Assembly (NCBI GenBank): GCA_038087875.1 | Contig: JAXLNO010000385.1 | Location: 310,001-374,000 of the forward strand | Length of the DNA stretch: 64,000 bases | Source of the DNA: Malacoraja senta | Lineage: Eukaryota | Direction: 5' to 3' | Shown: piece after piece, positions 55,901-64,000 of the stretch | How the letters are laid out: every line of letters begins with the position of its first letter | Numbering within the stretch: position 1 is the stretch's first letter | Notes under the pieces: generated by a model | The model's database searches: none | Seen by the model: the letters and a program-made list of their open reading frames with translations, nothing else | Told to the model about the DNA's origin: nothing | Position numbers and translations under genes: made by a program

Positions 55901-57140
55901 ACTGGCTACTCCGGCCACTGGACACTGGCTTCTCCGGACGCTGGACACTGGCTTCTCTGGCCGCTAGACATTGGCTTCTCCGACCGCTGGACACTGGCGT
56001 CTCCGGCCGCTGGACACTGGCTACTCCGGCCGCTGGACACTGGCTACTCTGGCCGCTGGCATCTCCGGCCGCCGGACACTGGCTTCTCCGGCCGCTGGAC
56101 ACTGGCTACAGTGGCTACTCCAGCCGCTGGACACTGGCTTATCCGGCCGCTGGACACTGGCTACTCCGGCCGCTGGACACTGGCTTCTCCGGCCACTGTA
56201 CAATGGCTTCGCCGGCCGCTGCACACTGGCTACTCTGGCCGCTGGCCATTGGATTCACAGACAGGATTCCATCATGCCTGTTTGAATTTGAGCTGTTTTT
56301 TAAATTTATTTTAGTGTCCCATCGGCCCAGCGGCTGGAGTAGCCAGTGTAGCCAGTGTCCAGCGGCCGTAGCCAGTGTCCAGAGGCCGAAGTAGCCAGTG
56401 TCCAGACGCCGGAGAAGCCAGTGTCCAACGGCCGGAGAAGCCAGTGTCCAGCGGCGAGTGTCCAGTGGCAGAAGTAGCCAGTGTCCGGTGGCCAAAGAAG
56501 CCAGTTGCCAGTGGCTCCTCCGGCCGCTGGACACTGGGTCCGGCCACTGGCTTCTCCAGATACTGGACACTAGCTACTCCGGCCGCTGGACACTGGCTTC
56601 TCAGGCGACTGGACACTGGCTTGTCTGGCCGCTGGACACTGGCTTCTCCGGCCGCTGGACTGGCTTCTCCGGTCGCTGGACACTGGCTACTCCGGCCGCT
56701 GGACACTGGCTGCTCTGGTCGTTGGACACTGGCTACTCCGGCCACTGGACACTGGCTTTTCCGGCCACTGGACACTGGCTTCTCCGGCCACTGGACACTG
56801 GCTTCTCCGGCCGCTGTACACTGGCTTCTCTGGCCGCTAGACACTGGCTTCTCCGGTCGCTGGCTACTCCAGCCGCTGGACACTGGCTACTCTGGCCGCT
56901 GGCATCTCCGGCCGCCGGACACTGGCTTCTCCGGCCGCTGGACACTGGCTACAATGGATACTCCAGCCGCTGGACACTGGCTTCTCCGGCCGCTGGACAC
57001 TGGCTACTCCGGCCGCTGGACACTGGCTTCTCCGGCCACTGTACAATGGCTTCGCCGGCCGCTGGACACTGGCCGCTGGATTCACAGACAGGATTCTATC
57101 ATGCCTGTTTGAATTTGGGCTGTTTTTTTAATTTATTTTA
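49949..57140. repeat. Satellite of a 23-bp monomer with inverted blocks and higher-order units
   Basis: gccagtgtccagcggccggag(aa/ta) runs forward, then alternates with its reverse complement around a recurring AT-rich spacer. Confidence 0.95.
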
Positions 57141-57600
57141 GTGTCCCTTCGGCCCATCAGGCCTGTACTAGACCCATTTAAAATGTCCCTTCGGCCCTGT
57201 ACTAGGCCCATTGTCAAATGTTCCTTCTGCCCATCAGGCATATACCAGCCCCATGTTAAAAATGTCCCCTCGGCCCATCAGGCATGTACTAGCCCCATTT
57301 TAAAAACGTCCCCTCGGCCCATCAGGCATGTACTAGCCCCATTTAAAAATGTCCCTTCTGCCCATCAGCCCTGTACTAGCCGCATTTTAAAATATCCCTT
57401 CTGCCCAGCAGGCCTGTACTAGCCCCCCAGCCGCCACCCATCCTTGTGTGTGCTGATCCTAATATCCCAGAGAATTTACCAATATTTGCCCCCCCCAAAA
57501 CGTTATTGTTTGTCCTTTCGGCCCATCATACTAGCCAGACCTGGAGGTGAAACTTCGGCCCAGCAGGCCTGCACTGGCCCCCCCAGCCACCACCCACCCC
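57141..57600. repeat. ~40-bp minisatellite gtcccttcggcccatcaggcctgtactagccccattttaaaa
   Basis: Several degenerate tandem units, with a related motif at 28855-28940. Confidence 0.85.
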
Positions 57601-59062
57601 TCTGTGTGTGATGTTGACTAGAATATTAAAAATTAATTTTACTCAATTTTTTTTAAGTCGCTCCTCCCTGAGGCTCATCAGGCCTCAGTGTGTGATGATG
57701 GTGATAATAATCATAAGAGTCATTTGAATCATTGACTTTTATTTCATTTGAATAAAATTGTAAGTGGCCGGTAATTACACTTTGAGAGCAAGCGCAAAAG
57801 CAAAGATCGTTTTTTTCCTCCGAGACAGCAAGCGCAAGCAAACAAGCAGCTCTCAGCCTGGTCCTTCATTCTTCATTGTTGAGATCTGCAAAAAATATAT
57901 ATAAGAAACAGGAAACTTAGAGCACTGTATTGTGAAGTTATCGCATTTATCGCATGTGCTCAGCCAGTCTGTGCCCGTGCCCGTGCCCGCAGCAGCAGCA
58001 GCATCTTCACACAGACCCAGACCAAGACCCAAGGGGGGGACCGCGCACACATCTCTCTCATCTTCGGGAAATAAAAGGAAAACAAATCATTTTTTTTAGC
58101 TCCACAACTCGATCCCCGTCTGGCGAACACAACCCAGCACCATTTACACACAATATCCTGCTATTTATCTCATCGAATCGAGAAGATCGATCTTATGATT
58201 ATATTAGATAAATATAATATATTTTTATATTTTTTAATTTTTTTCACAACCCACACGGACCTTGCACGCTTCTCCACACACCCGGAGCATCTTTCACCCT
58301 ATCTCTCTCTCTCTCTCACACGCGCACGCACCCACACACACACAAACACAAAAACACACATAAAACTCTTCACTAGCTTACACTAACCTCTATCTATCAG
58401 CCGATACAAGATTCCTTCAACCTACCTCCGATTCTGCATCTCTCCGACTCTCCGTGTGAGTCCGTGTATGTCCGTGTGTGTCCGTGTGTGTCCGTGTGTC
58501 TCCGTGTCCCCCCAACTCTCCAGCCTGCGACTGCTCGCTTCCGCCGCCGCTCACAAACTGAATCTCTTTCCCTCCTCAAAACGATACAAAACCAACCGAC
58601 CCACCCACCTCCCCTCGCTTCCCATTGGACAAAGGCAGCTGGCAGGCAGGCAGGCAGGCAGGGGCAGGCAAGATTTTGCAACATTTATTTGCTATATTTA
58701 TCTGCTAAATTATTTGCTAAATTTTGAAAGATTATTGCTATGCAATGCATTTAACATCCCAAGGGGTTTACAATATTACTTTCATGCAACGCCCTCCCTC
58801 GCTCGCTCGCTCGCTGCATTTAACATTGCAGGTGTGTGTGGGGAAAATTATTCCAATGGAATGCGTCTATTGCATGTCACATTTCTATTGAGAGGTTTTG
58901 CAAGATTTTTGCAAAATTATTGCAATGCAATGCATTTTACATACCAAGGGGTTGCTGGCAATATTACTGTTAACAATTTAACAAGGAACTAACTGCAGAT
59001 AGATAGATGCTGGAAAATCCAAGGTCGAATCGACAAAAATGCTGGAGAAACTCAGCGGGTTT

Positions 59063-59385
<323 letters not shown>

Positions 59386-59544
59386 CTAGATTGATAGATA
59401 AAGATAAAGACCAACGCCTTTAGATAAAGACCAACGCCTTTACTCCGTGTCGAGTCTGGGGACATTTTGCATGTCTCCAATTGCTCTGGAAACTTGTAAA
59501 GATGCACCATAGAAATTATACTATCCGGTTGCATCACATCCTAG

Positions 59545-60165
59545 AGGGTAGAGGGGAGGGGGCTAAAAGGGAGAGGGGGGGGAGGGAGAAAGGAGGGAGG
59601 AGAGAGGGTGGTAGAGGTGGGGGGGAGAGACGGGGCAGAGGGGAGGGGGAGAGGGGGAAGGTGGAGAGACATTGGATGGGGAGAGAGGAGAGGGAGAGAG
59701 AAGAGGGGGAGAGGGAGTAGGGAGAGAGAGAGGAGGGGGGAGCGAGAGGAGGGGGGAGAGAGAAGGGGGGAGAGAGAACGGGAGACGGGGAAATGCACGG
59801 GAGGGAGGGAGGGGAAGAGAAATAATAGAGGGGAGAGAGAGAGAGTACAGGGGAGAGGGGGGAGGGAGGGGTGGAGAGAGAGGAGGGGGTGAGTGAGGGG
59901 GTTGGGAGGAGAGAGAAGAGGGGGAGTTGGAGGGGGGAGAGAAGAGGAAGGAAGAGGTGGAGTGGAGTGAGATGAGGAGGGGGAGAGGTGGAGGGGGGTA
60001 GAACAGGAGGGGATGGAGGAGAGGGGGGGAGGATAGGAGGGGTAGAGGTGGAGGAGGAGGGGGAGTGGAGGGCGGTAGAGAGGGAGAGGGTAGATAGGGA
60101 GGGGGTAGATAGGGAGGGGGTAGATAGGGAGGGGGTAGATAGGGAGGGGGTTAGATAGGGAGGGG
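59545..60165. repeat. Polypurine G/A-rich tract ending in (agatagggagggggt)n
   Basis: Directly visible. Confidence 0.9.
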
Positions 60166-60319
60166 TGTACGACAAATTGCTATATTTGATTGTGCACGCC
60201 AGGTTGATTGCATTCGTGGGATCCATTGTGATTGTACATCTGTGAGATGGCTCTGTGAGTCATGCAGCAGCTGTTTGATTTTAGTGGGCTCACGTGAAGG
60301 TTCCAATCTCCTAGCCCTG

Positions 60320-61289
<970 letters not shown>

Positions 61290-62159
61290 CAAAGTCTGGG
61301 TCGAACATGATGTCAAGATAAATTAATGTAATCTGCTTACTGAAATTGATGGAGATCTCTCAGGTTTTTGCATATCCACATGCCCATACAAATGCCTCAT
61401 AAACTCCATTGATACCAACAGCCTCCAACACCGACACGAGAAGAACATTTCAATAGACAATAGAACATAGTTGCAGGAGTAGGCCATTTGGTCCTTCGAG
61501 CCAGAACCGCCATTCAAAGTGATCATGGCTGATCATCCCCAATCAGTACCCCGTTCTTGCCTTCTCCCCATATCCCCTGACTCCGCTATTTTTAAGAGCC
61601 CTATCTAGCTCTCTCTTGAAAGATTCCAGAGAACCCGCCTCCACCGCCCTCTGAGGCAGAGAATTTCACAGACACCACTCTCTGTGAGAAAAAGTGTTTC
61701 CTCGTCTCCGTTCTTAAAAGATTCAGGCATCGGTCACCCTCGACATATAGAAACATGCCCCACACATCTCAATTGAACTTTGCCCTCTTCCATCCAGCCT
61801 TTGCATTTTCACCAACATGCTAACATTTCAACGCCCTCTCCAAATCCTTTGCATCCTGCAGCGGGGGGCAGTTCAGTACTCAATGGGTCAGACAGAATTT
61901 GTGATGCGGATAGACAGGCGTTGTTTCTCGATGGGCTATTCCCCATATCTTCGTGGTTCCGATACAAAACGCCGTCTGTCCATTCCCTGCACAGTTTCTG
62001 CTCGACTCGCAGATTTGCTCCATCAATTTGTGTTTTCCACGCATTGTTTACGCCGGCTTCAGATCATCTGCGGCAAATCTAACGTAGTCAGATATGATGA
62101 GAAATGCAGCCGTCAAATAATGACAGAAAAGGTATGTCATAGCGCGAAGTGTGCCGGTG

Positions 62160-62458
62160 CCTGTCCCACTGTACGAGGTAATTTAAGAGCTCTCCCGCGT
62201 GAGAAAAAAAATCAAACCCGTGATAAGCACGTTGAATGTACGAAGCGGGTACGTCGGAGCTCGGGACGTCTCTCAGCGGCTCGTACCGATAACCGCAGGT
62301 ACTCGGGAAACGCGGACAGCTCGTGAAGATTTTTCAACAAATTGAAAAATGTCCACGAGAGCCCCGAGTACCTAGGAGCGGCTATTACCGTAATTCTCCG
62401 AGTTCGAATCAGGGGAAACTGGGGAGAACTCTTGAATTAGCTCGTACAGTGGGACAGG
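62160..62458. mobile_element. MITE with ~37-bp TIRs (cctgtcccactgtacgag...)
   Basis: Both TIRs are present. Half-copies occur at 12796-12992 and 31674-31870. Confidence 0.85.
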
Positions 62459-62504
62459 AAGAAAGGGGGAACAGGGCAGAAAAAGATGGGTGGAGATAAG
62501 TCTA

Positions 62505-62815
62505 TGTACGAGGTAATTGAAGAGTTCTCCCGAGTTTTCCCCTGATTCGAACTCGGAGAATGCCCGCATCGGGTCGGTAGGAGTTCGTGGATGTCTCGTA
62601 GCGGCTCGTACGAGTATTTTTTTTTCTCGTGGACATTTTCCACAGTGTTGAAAAAACGTCACGAGTTTACCGGATTTCCAGAGAACCTACCGTTAGCATA
62701 ACGAGCCGCTACGAGACATCCACGAACTCCTACGGACCCGCTACGGACATTCTCCGAGTTCGAATCAGGGGAAAACCCGGGAGAACTCTTCAATTACCTC
62801 GTACAGTGGGACAGG
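62505..62815. mobile_element. Second MITE of the same family, long fold-back arms
   Basis: tgtacgaggtaattgaagagttctccc...gggagaactcttcaattacctcgtaca. The left TIR tip is missing. Confidence 0.85.
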
Positions 62816-64000
62816 GGAGTCATGCTTCTCCTGTCGCTCTCTCTTGGCGGAGACAAGGGCTCAAGGAAAGAGCGTTCACATCACGGCCCCTGTTTCCAGC
62901 AATATTTCCACCACCACGCACAAGAAGCACAAGAAGCGACAAGACAGACACCATTGTGCAGATGCCGAGAAGTGTGTTCAGCTCTGGCTGAACGACTTCT
63001 AATCTTGTGTGTGGACTCGATAAGAAGAAAGCGGAGACAAGCCCAAAACAGTGTCTGTCAATTTCGACGGTGATCTTTCAAATGACGGTGCACACGGCTA
63101 TTTACTTTGAGCTTCTGGTTCTTGCCCTGTTGTGTTGCCTGCGAGCCAATGACACTCAGCAGATCAGAATATCACTAAGGTACAGAACACCATCCGGTTT
63201 TACATTCTTTCGCGACTTCCCATTCAAAACGAAATTCCCAAAAAAATTGGTCCAGATGATGCGCTTGTAATTAGCTCTTATCCACACTAGATTAATTTAA
63301 GGATTATCTTATCGGATCATGTTATCCCACTGACGGCGTGGATTCCCCCCGCTTCTCAGGTTAAGTCCCGCATCCTGCAGACGTGCTGGAGTGAAACAGT
63401 CGTGATATTTAAAAGACCAGTCAGTCAGTCGGTCAGTCAATTTTATTTGTATCGCACATTTAAAATCATCTCACGTTGACCAAAGTGCTGTAGACCAGAG
63501 CAGATACTAATGTGCTACATACAATGGTACACAGAGCTAACAATACATACACAAACTGTTTACAGCGCTCCCTTAGAGGGCCACAAAAACGCGATTGGGT
63601 AGAAATTGGTTTTGAGCCTCGATTTAAAGAAGTCGATGGCGGGGGTAGTTCTGATGAGGAGAGGGATGCTGTTCCAAAGTCTAGGGGCAGCAACCGCAAA
63701 AGCGCGGTCACCCCTGAGCTTAAACCTAGACCACGAGATAGTCAGTAGCCCCAAGTCGGCCGACCTGAGGGACCTGGAGGTAGAATGGTGGGTTAGAAGA
63801 TTTTTGATACAGGAGGGGGCAAGCCCGTTAGAGTGATTGAACGGGTGCATTTATAGGAAAGGTTAAAATGAATGTCGGGGAATCGCGGGGAAATCGGTCT
63901 CGCGTTGACGGCGCATCTCGGTTAGCAGAGACGAATTGAGCCAAAGTGACAGATTCAGTGATGTATGATTCTATAACTTCTACGAATGATGGTTCAAATG

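Noticed and set aside
49871..57141. Many long overlapping ORFs (up to 584 aa) on both strands
   Set aside because: They are translations of a stop-poor 23-bp satellite, open in several frames with no domain or frame preference.
51428..57150. CRISPR-like look of a constant AT-rich repeat separated by longer segments
   Set aside because: The intervening segments are 700-800 bp of the same monomer rather than unique spacers, there are no cas genes, and the context is vertebrate.
62820..63420. Short ORFs in the copy-3-specific segment
   Set aside because: No recognisable motifs or splice structure.

Overview
This is a eukaryotic, repeat-saturated vertebrate window. It most likely comes from a cartilaginous fish (skate/ray), inferred from an HE1/V-type tRNA SINE, HER1/CR1 LINEs and the receptor family present. 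The only host genes are a locally amplified, minus-strand class A GPCR of the shark/skate 'GPR139-like' expansion. Copy 1 (13683-14834) is frameshifted. Copy 2 (32561-33715) has an intact main exon. A third duplicon runs off the right edge just before its gene, and a gene-less junction fragment lies at 40767-41227. The two visible paralogues differ almost only at extracellular or pocket-facing residues. Around them are CR1, L1, L2 and Rex1-like LINE relics, TIR MITEs, a Helitron-like family with a decayed Pif1-helicase fragment (one copy fused directly to GPCR duplicon 2), a class I endogenous-retrovirus integrase/env relic, large microsatellites and a 200-N gap. A 7-kb satellite is built from a 23-bp monomer arranged in orientation-flipping, fold-back higher-order units. 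All alignments and counts were done by eye, and repeat boundaries are approximate.
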